Shown here one piece after another: positions 1 through 12,051 of a DNA stretch of 64,000 bases (within the stretch, counting starts at the first letter, position 1; the number at the start of each line of letters is the position of its first letter). A model generated the notes under the pieces. The model had not been told where the DNA came from, ran no database searches, and saw nothing but the letters and a program-made list of their open reading frames with translations. The stretch comes from Chiloscyllium plagiosum (taxonomy: Eukaryota), in the NCBI RefSeq assembly GCF_004010195.1, contig NC_057718.1:81025666-81089665 (forward strand), given 5' to 3'. The translations under genes were made by a program, and so were the position numbers.

Positions 1-264
1 ACTCACACCATGTTGTCCCTGATCACTAACTGAGTTTGAATTACTTAATCTCCCAGGTGTGGCTGCCTCCTGAAACAAAGCATCCAGGTAACTCTCCCCC
101 TTCCGGATGTGCCGCAGTGTTTGAAGCTCAGATTCCAGATCATCAACTCTGATCCGGAGTTCTTCCAGCAACCAACACTTGCTGCAGATGTGGTCACTGC
201 CGTTCACAATGGGATCAGCCAGCTCCCACATCATACAGCAACAGCACATCACCTGCCCAGCCAT
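1..264 (-). CDS. CR1 ORF1p N-terminus (Cys-rich zinc-binding motif plus coiled coil), partial, open to the window edge
   Basis: Manual translation with no stops in 88 codons: MAGQVMCCCCMMWELADPIVNGSDHICSKCWLLEELRIRVDDLESELQTLRHIRKGESYLDALFQEAATPGR... Confidence 0.8.
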   Translation of the reverse strand, partial: MAGQVMCCCCMMWELADPIVNGSDHICSKCWLLEELRIRVDDLESELQTLRHIRKGESYLDALFQEAATPGRLSNSNSVSDQGQHGVS

Positions 265-735
265 CTCTGCTTAGTTAGTTAATTCGTTACTTTGTACAAG
301 TATGAATTAGAATGCCTTCTGATACCTCTCTGCTATAGTTTTTTTTTTACCCTAAATAAGGACTTGATGTACACACACACAAAAAAAACTAAGTAAATTT
401 TTAACTTGTCCCTGGTAAAGAAATAAAAATCCTTACCTTAAAAGAAAAAGCAGAGTAGTTAAGAAGGTTAGAGGAGGAGGGTGGGTGGGAGATACTACAG
501 GTGTAGAATCTCGGGTTTAGCCGCCTTCCTGACTTATATACTCACTTTTCCTTCCCGGCTGCCCCTCTGCTTGCCGTCACTTCCTCTGCTGCTCCCGCTC
601 TTTCTGTGGAGAGAGAGTAAAAAAAAAACACACCGCTGCCTGCTACAGGTAAGCAATTTTAAAACAAAACTGTCTTACCTTTGCTGTAGTCTCCCGGGTT
701 CGCTTTTACTTCGACGCTGCTCCCACTCAAATGCT
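1..735 (-). mobile_element. 5' end (5' UTR and start of ORF1) of a CR1/HER1-type LINE that runs off the window
   Basis: The minus-strand ORF from 264 resembles the ORF1 N-terminus of the CR1 at 16330. The upstream boundary near 735 is approximate. Confidence 0.8.
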
Positions 736-928
736 TAGTGATGCGTAGTGATGGGGTGCTGAGGAATATTGCCCAACATAGAGAACTTGGGGTGCAAGTG
801 TTTCTCGTTCCTTGAAAGCAGAGTTGCAGATAGACAGGGTAGTGAAGAAGGCATTTGGTAAGCTTGTGTTTATTGGTCACTGCATAGAGAATGAGTTGGG
901 ACGTCATGTTGTGGCGTTGCAGGATATT

Positions 929-2629
929 TGCTTTGGACCACACTAGACCCCTTCAAAATATATTAAGATAGTCTGGATGTGAACTTTTTCTTATTTTAAA
1001 AGTAAGTGAGAGATGTTGTGTTGCGGATGCAGTTCAATTGTCCAAACAATCAGACCTGAAACAAAGCTCTCTTTAAAATACAGATGTAATATAGCCAAAA
1101 ATTGACTTAACTAACTCTATCAAAATGCTTAACAAAATAATATATATTAACTACTAGTAATTAACTGATCAAGTATAGTAACATGGCATTAACATGCCCT
1201 TGGCAAAGGAAAAATTCAGTAAAATAGATTGTCTGTCATGCAATTCTCGCAGCGGAAAGAGAACCCCAGCTTTTGGCTGTAACAGAGACAGGAAAAAGAG
1301 CTTCTACATACAGTTTCAAGACCCCAGCAACTGCTATTGAAGGCTAAAACTTAAAAATGAAAATCCTGTTTCTGTGGGAGCTTGACCCCAACCATTCAGG
1401 CTACTTGCAAAGTTCCACCTTTATGACCAGATGCATCAATGGGCTGAGAAGTGGCAGATGAAGTTTAATTTCGATAAATGCGAGGTGCTGCATTTTGGGA
1501 AAGCAAGCCTTAGCAGGACTTAGACACTTAATGATAAGGTCCTAGGGAGTGTTACTGAACAAAGAGATCTTGGAATGCAGGTTCAGAGCTCCTTGAAAGT
1601 AGAGTCGCAGGTAGACAGGGTAGTGGACAGCGAAGAAGGTTACCACAGAGTGCAGTAGGATCTTGATCAGATGGGGCAATAGGCTGAGCAGTGTCAGATG
1701 GAGTTTAATTTAGATAAATGTGAAGCACTGCATTTAGTATGGCAAATTAGGGTGAGACTTGTATGCTTAATGATGGGGTGCTGAGGAATATTGCCCAACA
1801 AAGAGAACTTGGGGTGCAGGTGTTTCTAGTTCCTTGAAGGTGGAGTTGCTGATAGACAGGGTAGTGAAGAAGGCAATTTGGTAAGCTTGTGTTTATTGGT
1901 CACTGCATAGAGAATGAGTTGGGAGGTCATGTCACGCTGTACAGGACATTGGTTAGGCCAGTTTTGGAACATAGCGTGTAATTCTGGTCTCCATCCTGTC
2001 GGAAGGATGTTGTGAAACTTGAAAGGGTTCAGAAAAGATTTACAAGGATTTTGCCAGGGTTGGAGGATTTGAGCTATAGGGAGAGGTTGAATAGGCTGGG
2101 GCTGTTTTCCCTGTAGCGTTGGAGGCTGAGGGGTAATCTTAGAGAGGTTTATAAAATAATGAGGGGCATGTATAGGATAAATAGACAAAGTCTCTTCCCT
2201 GGGATGGGGGAGTCCATCTAGACGCTTAGATTTCGGGTGAGAGGGAAAAGATATAAAAGAGACCCAAGAGGCAACTTTTTCATGCACAATTTGGTACGTG
2301 TATGGAATGAGCTGCTGAGGAAGTGGTGGAGGCTAGTACAATTGCAACATTTCAAAGACATCTGGATGGGTATATGAGTAAGAAGGGTTTCAAGGAATAT
2401 GAGCCAGCTGCTGGCAGGTGGGACTAGATTGGTACGGATATTGGGTCGACATGGATGAGTTGGACCGAAGGGTCTGTTTCTATGTCGTGCGTCTCTATGA
2501 TTCTGTGACAAGTAGTTCACTTTATTGGCTTTGGAGCAGACTAATTGACACCTCTCAAAAGTTACACTGTATTTAGTTTTTTAATAAAAAAGGACAAAAT
2601 CCACCTTTTAAAGCTATAGTGTCATCGCA
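929..2629. mobile_element. Solo LTR (929-1422 and about 2506-2629), interrupted by a younger CR1
   Basis: TG at 929 and CA at 2628-2629, with a 4-bp TSD TATT (925-928 and 2630-2633). The start resembles the copy at 29182. Confidence 0.7.
1423..2505 (+). mobile_element. CR1 LINE 3' fragment with an internal duplication, ending in the tctatga tail
   Basis: Encodes ORF2 C-terminal motifs (WQMEFN.DKCE.LHF) twice. The 3' UTR matches those ending near 20357 and 56227. Confidence 0.85.
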
Positions 2630-2934
2630 TATTGTTTACGCCACTTTTGAAATATTGCATTCTGTTCTAGTCTCCTTGCTAAAGGAAAGATATTGTGAAA
2701 CTTGAAAGGGATCAGAAAAGATTTACAAGCTTGTTGGCATGTTTGGAGGGTTTGAGTGATATGGAGAGGATTAATCGGCTGGGGCTATTTATCCTGGAGC
2801 GCGAGAGGATGAGGGGTGACCTTATCGAGGTTTACAAAATCGTGAGGAGCATGGATAGGGTGAGTAGAGGGCATAGATTTATGGTGAGAGGGGAAAGATG
2901 TAAAGGGGACCTGCAAATCATGACTAATTGGTGA

Positions 2935-3440
2935 GAAAGTGGTGCTCTTCTTGAACAGCTGCAGTCCATGTGATGTAGATGTCTTTATGGTGCTGTTAGT
3001 AAGGGAGTTCCAGAAGTTTTACCCAATAACCATGAAGGAATGAATCATGTTTCCTCATCAGGATGATGTGTTTCTTGGAAGAGAATTTGCAAGTTGTCCT
3101 ATGCTTCTGCTGTACTTGTCCTTCTAGATATTAGAGGTTGTGGGTTTGGAAGATGTTGTCTGGGTGAATTGCTGCATTGCATTTCTGAGATGGTATGCAC
3201 TGTTCCCAATGTGCTTTGGTGAAGTGAGTGATATGTTGAAGGCCATGGATGAGGCACCAGTTGAAGCGGCTGGCTGGTGTTGAGCTGCTTCGATGTTGTT
3301 GGAGCTTCACTCATCCAGTTACTCAAGAGTATTCCGTCCTTGTGCATTGTTGATGGTGGTTAGGCTTTTAGGAGTCAGGAGCAGAATTTCCAACCTCTGA
3401 CCTGCTCTTGTGACCACAGTTTTTATCTGTCTGGTCCAGT
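2935..3440 (-). mobile_element. Old LINE 3' fragment of a second, more diverged family
   Basis: Similar to degenerate stretches at about 45130-45600 and 51745-52565. No intact ORF. Confidence 0.5.
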
Positions 3441-3805
3441 TCATTTTCTGTTGTGCCCTCCCATTGTGAATCATTGTCTGAATGAAATTGGAAACCTGGA
3501 TGAGATTCCAGCATATTTGAATACAGCAAAGAATAGAACAGTTCTCGGCTGATGTTCAAATCAGCTTCACTGAAAACTCTAGCTTTCATAGTCAGTGGTG
3601 ATGATTTAAAATTAATGTCATTTTACAGACTAAAAAGCCTGTCACCACCAGTGCTACATACAGTGCAGAATGCTGAATGACACATGCTGTGATAGGAAAC
3701 TTGGTGTGTCTTGCACCAAAAATGTCACTTGTTCAGGAGCTTTTGTTACACCTAAGCCTATTCACGTTGGACAATTTAATGCATGATAGCATGAGCAAAT
3801 ACAAT

Positions 3806-4104
3806 TTTAGATTACATTACAGTGTGGAAACAGGCCCTTCGGCCCAACAAGTCTACATCGACCCACCGAAGCGCAACCCACCCAAACCTCTAACCTAACA
3901 CTACCGGCAATTTAGCCTGGTCAATTCACCTTACCTGCACATCTTTGGACTGTGGGAGGAAACCACAGTACCTGGAGGAAACCCACGCAGACACACTGGG
4001 AGAACGTGCAAACTCCACACAGTCAGTCGCCTGAGGCGGGAATTGAGCCGGGTCTCTGGTGCTGTGAGGTAGCAGTGCTAACCACTGTGGCACCGTGCCG
4101 CCCC
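3806..4104 (-). mobile_element. HE1-type shark SINE (tRNA-derived head, V-domain, LINE-derived 3' tail)
   Basis: Minus strand reads ggggcggcacggtgccacagtggttagcactgct...caattcccg (A/B-box-like), then gtgtggagtttgcacgttctcc (V-SINE core), then the tail ttgggccgaagggcctgtttccacactgtaa similar to CR1 3' ends. Confidence 0.9.
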
Positions 4105-4504
4105 TAATCTCAGCTATGAGACCAGGAAGCTGCTTCAGACTGTCACTTGCTAGATGCAGCACGTGCTCGGCTGATGAAAGTCACGTATGTACAACCATGG
4201 GCAGCCACAATATTTGAGGGCTGGAGGCATGACAATATCAACTGCAAGAAGAGGGAAGGCCATTGTAGATATATAACTCAGTTTATGTCCTAAAGAATTG
4301 CTAGCTACTCATTCATATTTATGAATTCTTAGAATCAATTGGACAAAATCCTTGCTTTGCAAAGTTTTTGTTGAACACAGCTTGTTTCACTGATTATCGT
4401 TGTGATTTTGTGGGTGACTTTTTTTGAGTTTGGGCTCCAAGGTGAGGCTGCTTATTTCAATTTGTCTAAAGATTCTTACAGTTAGTATAGAAAGGAAGAA
4501 AGAA

Positions 4505-4620
4505 GGGCTTTTGTGCATTGGTAATGCCCCACCTTTGAATCAGGAGACCCAGGTTGAAGTCCAGCCTGGTCGAGGGGCATATAATGTGTCATGACATCTC
4601 TGCATGGGTTGATTAAAAAT
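4505..4620 (+). mobile_element. Degenerate tRNA-derived SINE, second family
   Basis: A-box-like gtgcattggtaatg and B-box-like ggttgaagtcc. Homologous copies at about 42575-42675 (+) and 9650-9855 (-, two in tandem). Confidence 0.55.
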
Positions 4621-6840
4621 TTCGAGAAAAGGAAGAAAAATAAGACTTATATCCTCTTTGGACTTGAAACCAAATATCAATTGGTGAAAGGATATTTATA
4701 ACCTGTGGCTTCACCTGATGGTAATAGGGTTTAACTAACGGGTGGTAACAGTACAAATGTGTGGGAATTTAATTTGTGAAAATGAATAAGTTAGCAAACT
4801 GTCGATACGTCTTTAATATATTTTATTGTTTTATGTTCTAGCAAGGACAAGTAATTTTTTCTCAGGTGTTGGTGAGGATGTTAGCAAGGTATAGAAGAAA
4901 GATAGGCAAACATGAAGTATTTCTCATTGTTGCGCAATTCTTGTCTAGGAAGAATTATTTTTCTTGTAAAGAATTTTTTGATTCCCATCAGCTCACAAGG
5001 TTCTGCTTGGCTGTTAGTAATTGCAGGGTAGAGACTGTACTATGCCTCTTTAACTTTTAAGTCCCATATTTCTGAAGAGCATCTGTGCTTTCTTATCATT
5101 TATTTTGCATCTGAGTTATTGTCTTATTCATTTCCACACTTCAAGACAGTACATGCTTTGTGTTAATAATATTAATATGCAGCTGATCTTGTACTCTTTT
5201 GCTGGAAATTGTATATTGTATACAGGCTGTGGTGTAAGCACATGTAACAACTGGACTGAGCTCCCTCACACAAAATAATCCAACTGTCTCTCCCTGACCT
5301 TCAGCATTAATTAAACCAGCAATATCAGCATTGGCTACAAGAACAGGACAGAGGTTAGGTACTTCGTCATGAATGACTGTATACCTTCAGGTCTCATCTT
5401 CTTTCCTTACAAAGCCCCTCACACATCTAGGGGGCTCAAGTTCAGGGATGTGATGAGGTTAAATGAATGGAAAAGATTGTGTTTGATTTAGTTGTCATTG
5501 AGCTTATTTTTAAATGACAAATGCAGGAAATAAGAGCAAGAGTAAGCCAGCTGGCCCTGGAAGCCCACTGCTGGTCAATAAGATCATGACTAATCTGATT
5601 GTGGTCTGTTTAACTTTCTGCTTGTCTCCATAATGTTTCACTTTGCTGAGAAATCTGTTTAACTTGGCCTTGAAGAGCTAAGCCATTTGACCCATCGTGC
5701 CTGCACCAGCTTTTTAAGTGAACAGCATTTATCCAAACCATCCAGTGCCCTCTTGAATATCTCAATTGAACTTGCCTCTACCAACTACCAGACAATGTAT
5801 TCCATACCCTAACTATTTGTTGAGTTGGGGAAAATAAATCTTTCCTTCCTTTGCAGATTTCTTTACATCTATGTCCTCTTATTCTTGTTTTTTTTGTGAG
5901 TGCAAGCAGCTTCTCTTTATCTGCTCATGACTTTCAAAACCAAACTTCGATCAGATTTCCTCTTAGCTTTCTTCTCTACAAGATGAACAGTTATCCACAT
6001 AACTGAAGTTCCATTTTTGTAAACTGCCTCTGCACTCTCTTCAATGCATTCACATCCTGTGGGGGCCCAGAGCTTTACATGGTGCTTCAGTCAAGGTCTT
6101 ACAAGTGTCTTACACAAGTTCAACATCATCATCATGCATTTGTTCTCTAGCTTCTATTAACAAAGTAAAGGATACTGTATACCTGCAGGTCTCTCTACCC
6201 GTCTTGTTCACATATACATCCATGTGCCCTTTAAGATTTTACCTCCTTTTCTTTATTGTCTTTTAATGTTCTTCCAACCAAAATGCATCACCTCACACGT
6301 CTCTGCCTTAACTCATCTGCCACCTATCTATCCAGTCCATCAACTTGAATATGTCTTTCTGGAGTTCTACACAGCTCTCCTCCTATTTTACAATTCTTTC
6401 AGGTTTTGTCATCTACAAACTTTGAAATCACCCACTGCACTTTGGAAATCAGCAAAAACAAGGGTACCAATACCAGTACCTGGGGATCTGTGTGACACGC
6501 TTCCTGCAGCCTGAAAAATATCCTTTGATCATTACTCTGACCTATCACTCAGCCAGTTTTGTATCCAAGTTTCTACTGACTCTTTTATTCCATGACCTAG
6601 AACATTGCTCATGAGTCTGTTGTATGGCACTGTCTCAAGTATTCTAAAAGTCCATGTCCACGACAGCAACACTGTTACCCTCATCGGGCCTTTCTGTTGC
6701 CTCTTCAAAAAACACTTGAGCAAGTTAGTTAAACATGATTTTCCCTTTAGAAATTTCTAGTCAACCTACCATTTTCATGTAACTACTCATTCTATGACAA
6801 ATAATTGACTCTAGAAGCTTCCCCACCATGACGTTAAATT

Positions 6841-7544
6841 TTAAAAAAGACCAAAACTGTGGATGCTGGAAATCAGAAATAAAAACAGAAATTGCTTGGA
6901 AAATGTAGCATATGTGGAGAGAAAGCAGAGTTAATGTGATCTTTTGGCTAGGAAAAGGTTGGGTATATGTGGTGGAAATAGGATGGAGTTTATTAGTATA
7001 CAATAGTTGCATATGAACAGCAGTTAGACAAAGAAATGGGTAAAAGTCAACTTGGCGGGGGGGGGGGGGAGAATGGGTAAAAAGTCAGCTGCTAATTGGG
7101 ACCATTAGTATCTGATGTTGGGATGGTAGTGGGAGCAGCCCATGTGATGACAAGGCCTGGTATGTGGGGGTTGGGGTAAGGACTTGGCAGAAGGTACTTA
7201 TGCCTTAAAATGATTGAATTCAGCGTTGAGTCCTGGAGACTGCAGATTCCCCAGGCAGAAATGCGATGCTGTTCTTGTAACGTGCGCTGAGGTTTGTTGG
7301 AGCACAGCAGAAATTCCAAGACAGATATGTTGGCCAGGGAACACAGTGGTGTGTTGAAATGGCAGGAAACTCTGGTTCATTTTTGCAGACTGAACGTATG
7401 TGTCTGTGAAGTGGTTGCCTATTCTGTGTTTTGTCTCCCTGATGGACAGTCGACTAAATTGAGTGAAATGCAGTTAAGTGAAGGTGTGTCTGGGGTCTTG
7501 GCTAGTAAGGAGGGAGGAAGTAAAGGGCCGCTTTGCAGATTGTT

Positions 7545-7579
<35 letters not shown>

Positions 7580-7793
7580 TTCACATGTCGTCTTCTCCAC
7601 AAAATATTTACTACCCATCTTCCTGTCTTCCCCTTCAACACCTCCTCCCACCCTTTCTTCAGCATATATGCTGACCCTTTCCTAGTTATAATTAGTTCTG
7701 AAGAAGAGTCACTGGACCTGAAACATTAACTCTGCTTTTTCTGCACAGATGCTGTCAGACTGCTGAGTTTTCAGTAATTTCTGCTTTTGTTGC
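6841..7793. mobile_element. Penelope-like element remnant with inverted termini
   Basis: TSD tga(c/a)gttaaatt at 6829-6840 and 7794-7805. About 6875-6940 is reverse-complementary to about 7722-7790. Minus-strand GIY-YIG C-terminal remnant (..F.LGNLQSPGLNAEF). Degenerate HHR at 7698-7727. Confidence 0.75.
7541..7580 (+). repeat. (TCTG/TTTG)n microsatellite
   Basis: tgtttgtctgtttgtctgtctgtctgtctgtctgtctgtt. Confidence 0.9.
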
Positions 7794-8069
7794 TGAAGTT
7801 AAATTGACTGATCTGTAATTGTTTGTTTTTATCCTTGTAACTTTTCTTGAGCAAGATCATAATGTTTGCAGTTTTCAGTCCTCTGCTACCTCCTCTGAGC
7901 CTGGGGAAGATTGAAAGATTGTGACGAGTGTCCTTGCAATTTCCACACTTACTCACTTCAAAATCCTTGGATGCATCTCATCCAGTACCCCTGCCTTGTA
8001 ATCTTTAAGTGCCAACAGTTCTGCCATTTCAATTTTGAACCTTTCTTCTGTCAGAGTGCCCTACTCTGT

Positions 8070-8570
8070 CAGAGTCATACAGCATGGAAACAGACCCTTT
8101 GGTCCTACCCATCCACGCCGACCGGATATCTCAACCCAATCTAGTCCCACCCGCCAGCACTCGGTCCATATCCCTCCAAACCCTTCCTATTCATATATCC
8201 ATCCAAATGCCTTTTAAATGTTGCAATTGTACGAGCCTCCACCACTTCCTCTGGCAGCTCATTCCATGCACATACCACCTTCTGTGTGGAAGAAGTTTGC
8301 CCCTTAGGTCTCTTTTATATCTTTCCCCTCTCCCCCTAAGCCTATGCCCTGTAGTTCTGGACTCCCCCACCCCAGGGAAAAGACTTTGTCTATCTATCCT
8401 ATCCCCTCATAATTTTGTAAACCTCTTTCAGGTCACCCCTCAGCCTCCGATGCTCCAGGGAAAACAGCCCCAGCCTGTTCAGCCTCTCCTGAAAGCTCAG
8501 ATCCTCCAACCCTGGCATCATCCTTCTAAATCTTTTCTGAACCCTTTCAAGTTTCACAATATCTTTCTGT
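8070..8570 (-). mobile_element. CR1 LINE 3' end fragment
   Basis: Reverse complement of the CR1 3' UTR and ORF2 end seen at 55740-56227. Confidence 0.85.
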
Positions 8571-9439
8571 CCTCATAGTTTGTGGAATATTTCACTCTTC
8601 GGTGACAACAGATGCAAAATATCCATTTAAGTCTACCAGTGGTGTCCCCTGCCTCTGGACGCAAGTCCCTTTTTCAACCCTAGTTGGTCCCAATCCTCCT
8701 CTGACTGCTTGTTTTTTGTATGGCTGTAAACAATGGGAAATGCTAACTAAACAAGCCAAATGTTCAGGATTCAAAATAAAAATTCAGCAAAGCATACATT
8801 TCATTTTTTTGAAAAAAAAGCAAAGGATCAGCAAGAAGGAATCACCTGTGGTTTACTGAGGAGGTTAATTACAGTATTAAGTTAAAAGAGGAGCCTTCTA
8901 ATACTGCAATAATAGTAATAAATCTTGTGAATGTCATAGGGCTGCCAGAATTAGGGCTGTTGTAGGGAAACTATCATTGCCATCTCAGATTCAGGAAGCC
9001 TTCAGATCCCACCTGCTCCAGAAGCATATAGTGCCAACTCTGAACCAGTTGATTAGGGAATACTTCCGGCGATTAGAATTTGAGAAAACACGAAATAGTT
9101 TTATATTCGTGCTTAACTTACTCATTTATCAATTGATTGCAAAAGCTTTTACAATTATGCAATGTTGAAAAGATATTATCTAAAGTAAATGTTCCTTTTG
9201 TGGTGCCAGGGATGGGAGTAATTATCATGTGAAATAAAGAAAAGGTAGAAATTTTGAACAGATCTTTGACGAGGGTTTCTCCTGCCTATAAATGATGGCG
9301 AAGATGACTGAAACTCAAATAATTTCACCAGGGAGATGACTGACTCCTTCCTGCCACCATTGGTGCTAAATTCTGAGAGGGAAGGCTCATCGTCGACCTT
9401 CTTAATTCTTTGTCAATTATGGCCCTGTTGTGGTCTTTT

Positions 9440-10340
9440 AATGACCACTAGAGGACTTGAGCCAGCTTATCTAAGTGCAGTGGGACCAACCCCGACCATC
9501 TCATGGTTGTGGCAGAGTGCTGCTACAAATTCTTCTTTCTACTCTTTTTCTTTTAAATTAGAAAAAAAGTCAGACAGCCCCCAGTGGGCACCACAACAAT
9601 AACAACAAAAATCCTCCTTTGTAGCTATTTTTAATCATCCTTGTTATGCTCCACCTCTAGAGCAGATGGGATTTGAATTCAGGCCTCTTCATCCAAAGGA
9701 AGGGACATTACCACTGCACCACAAGCCCTCGACTGTGTTGATATTTCTAACCAACCTGTTCAGATGTATTATTGCACATCTCTGGAAGCGTTTAAACTTG
9801 AGCTCTGGTCTTCTGGCTAAGAGGTAGGAACACTACTACTGCATCACAAGAGCACTTCTAGTCCTTCTTTGTATACTGGGTCTCGAGACCTATTTGGTGA
9901 CCTATCGTAGCAGATGAGAAACAGTAACTTGCCTCCATGATAAGTTGTGGTCCTGTGGCTTGATAACAATAGGTGCAAGTCATATTTACAAATTAAACAT
10001 AATAACTAAGACTTGAGGGACGTTTCTGACTCCATTGGGATCTTGAGCTAGGCTGTTTGTTTTCCCACCCAAGGCTTTCGTGACTTCAAATTAGGTAGAG
10101 TTTAATGCAGTCTCTCGCATTAACCTTTCCAGAGCCAGTATCTCATAGGAAGCCAATTACTAACTTGATTAATTGTGTTTCTGGCAGGTGAGAAAAGTGG
10201 GGGCTATCTGACTTTTTTTCTAATTTAAAGAAAAAGAGTAGAAAGGAGAATTTGTAGCAGCACTCTGCCACAACCATGAGATGGTCAGGGTTAGTCCCAC
10301 TGCAATTAGATAAGCTGGCTCAAGTCCTCTAGTGGTCATT
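9440..10340. repeat. Inverted repeat of about 144 bp (9440-9583 and 10198-10340) with a spacer of about 614 bp
   Basis: The arms align by eye with about 5 substitutions and 1 indel. The ORF track shows the same peptide (MTTRGLEPAYL..) on both strands. Confidence 0.9.
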
Positions 10341-11590
10341 TTCCACTGCTGCAGCAGGGTAGCTTGCCTGTTGGATTTGAGGGCGAGGCTTTGATTTTCC
10401 ACAATATGGAGTAAATCTGGGGCATGGCAGGAGGGTGGTCACTAAAAGCTCTTAAATTCAGATTCTTTACTGAATTCAAATTTCACTATCTGTCATGGTG
10501 GATTTCCCACGTATGGCTTCAGCACATTAACCTGTATTTCTGGATTACTTATCTTTTGACATTAGATTTTTAAAGACGTAACATTACCATAGTACTTCAT
10601 CGGGCTGCTGTCTCATCTAAAAGAAATGACTGATAGTGGTTTAACCTGAGGATCACCACACCTCAGGTGAGGGAAGAGGTTGAGACCACTCAAAACGCCA
10701 CCCTCTTCTCAGGCATTTGTGGAGAAAAAACAAGTTAGAGTTTCAGGTTTTATCGGAACTGAAGTGGATAGAAATAAGCATGTTATGAAGATGGTGAAGG
10801 GGAGAGGAGCGGCAAAAAATGGGGAAGCTTGATGATAGGGTGAAGCCCAGGTAAGGTTAAATTACAGAAGGTTTCAAGATGTACCAGTCAAAAAGATGGA
10901 TGTAGTGAAAGAGCAGAGATTGTGTTCAAATGAGACGTGGGTTGCTACATTTTAAAACAAAACATGAATGTACCATGAAGGAGTAAAGAAAGAAAAAGAC
11001 TTCCTTAGAATCTTCCATGTTTCAATAAGAGAGCCTCTCATATGTCTAAATTCTGCTTCAAATCGGTGCAGCCAATTCACTTTTCCTCGTGAAACAATCC
11101 CTTCATTCTAAAAGTCAAACTAGCAAATTTTCTTTTTGTATATGCTTGCTCAAATGTGGAGCCAAAACTATAAACAATATACCTGTACTTGAAGTCGTCT
11201 TATTAACAATTTGTAAAATTACAATAAGACTTCTCTACCTTTTATACAAAATGCCTTCCTACTGATTTGTTTTGCCTGCATTTTGTGATTTGAGTTTTCC
11301 CAAATCCCTTCTGCACTGCTGCCTTTCATAGTTTCTCTCCACTTAAATTATATCCAAATTTTCTATTTTTTTCTGACAAAGTGGATAACCTCTTATTTCC
11401 CAGAAATCTGCCAGTTTTTCCCCACTCGCTTTACCTGTGTATATATTTTTGCAGATACTTGATGTAACTGTCACAACTTGCCTTTCCATCTGTTTTTGAA
11501 TCATGATCAAAAATGGCAAGAAAGCAGTTGGTCCATCCATCTATGCCTTTGTAGATTGTTCACCATAACTGTTCACCTTACTTCTGTATT

Positions 11591-11753
11591 GGATGTAAGT
11601 TTGCTCGCTGAGGTGGAAGCTTTGTTTTCAGAGGCGCACTGGTGATGTCACCTAATATGGTGATGAAACATCTGAAAGCGAACCTTCCAGGTCAGCGAGC
11701 AAACTTGCATCCAGAACCTCAACCTGAGTTACACATCTTCTCAAAACTCGCTA
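11591..11753 (+). mobile_element. Miniature fold-back PLE derivative with a degenerate hammerhead
   Basis: Exact TSD acttctgtatt at 11580-11590 and 11754-11764. 42-nt inverted arms (11591-11632 and 11671-11712). HHR-like ctggtga-t-gtcacc-taatat-ggtgat-gaaac-atc at 11639-11672. 41-nt tail related to 37969-38001. Confidence 0.8.
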
Positions 11754-11894
11754 ACTTCTGTATTCCTGTACATTTGAAAATAAAATCCAAATCTAATGTT
11801 TTCTGGGGCACCGTTTCAAATGTTTTTTAGAAATTCAAGATACAATACTGATTCCCATTGTTCCACCCTGCTTGTTAAATGATCAGAGAACTGG

Positions 11895-12051
11895 CTCAGC
11901 GGGGGCCCAGCAATCATTTGCTTAGCTTTCCATCGGGTTCTCTGGTACACCTGATCAGGTTCTGGGGACTTATCTATCTTTAAGTATTTTAAGATGTCCA
12001 GCAGTTCCTCCTCTATAGAATGGACATTTTTCAGTAAAAATAATTTCAGGG
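11895..12051 (-). repeat. 157-bp inverted duplicate of 14300-14456 (CR1 5' junction plus flank)
   Basis: Both copies include the non-LINE flank ccctgaaattatttttac fused to the same CR1 truncation point. About 12 mismatches by eye. Confidence 0.85.

Larger units (their letters stand above)
740..2912 (+). mobile_element. Old CR1 3' fragment (740-928 and 2630-2912) split by a solo LTR
   Basis: The two halves join into continuous CR1 ORF2 C-terminal sequence (..KLERDQKRFT..RGDLIEVYKIVR). Confidence 0.75.
5515..8030 (-). mobile_element. Old CR1 fragments (about 5515-6840 and 7794-8030) split by a PLE insertion
   Basis: Minus-strand RT remnants (VVGKLLESII, VETWIQNWLSDR). The sequence resumes after the TSD at 7794. 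Confidence 0.7.

Noticed and set aside
265..690. Intron in the CR1 5' UTR (minus-strand GTAAG donors and a CAG before the ATG)
   Set aside because: There is no polypyrimidine tract at the acceptor, so it cannot be supported without RNA data.
4035..4104. tRNA gene
   Set aside because: It is the tRNA-derived head of an HE1-type SINE and continues directly into the SINE body.
4852..4895. Possible micro-exon (tttttttctcag|gtgttggtgaggatgttagcaag|gtatag)
   Set aside because: Weak donor, 23 nt long, and no supporting neighbouring exons. Such matches are expected by chance.
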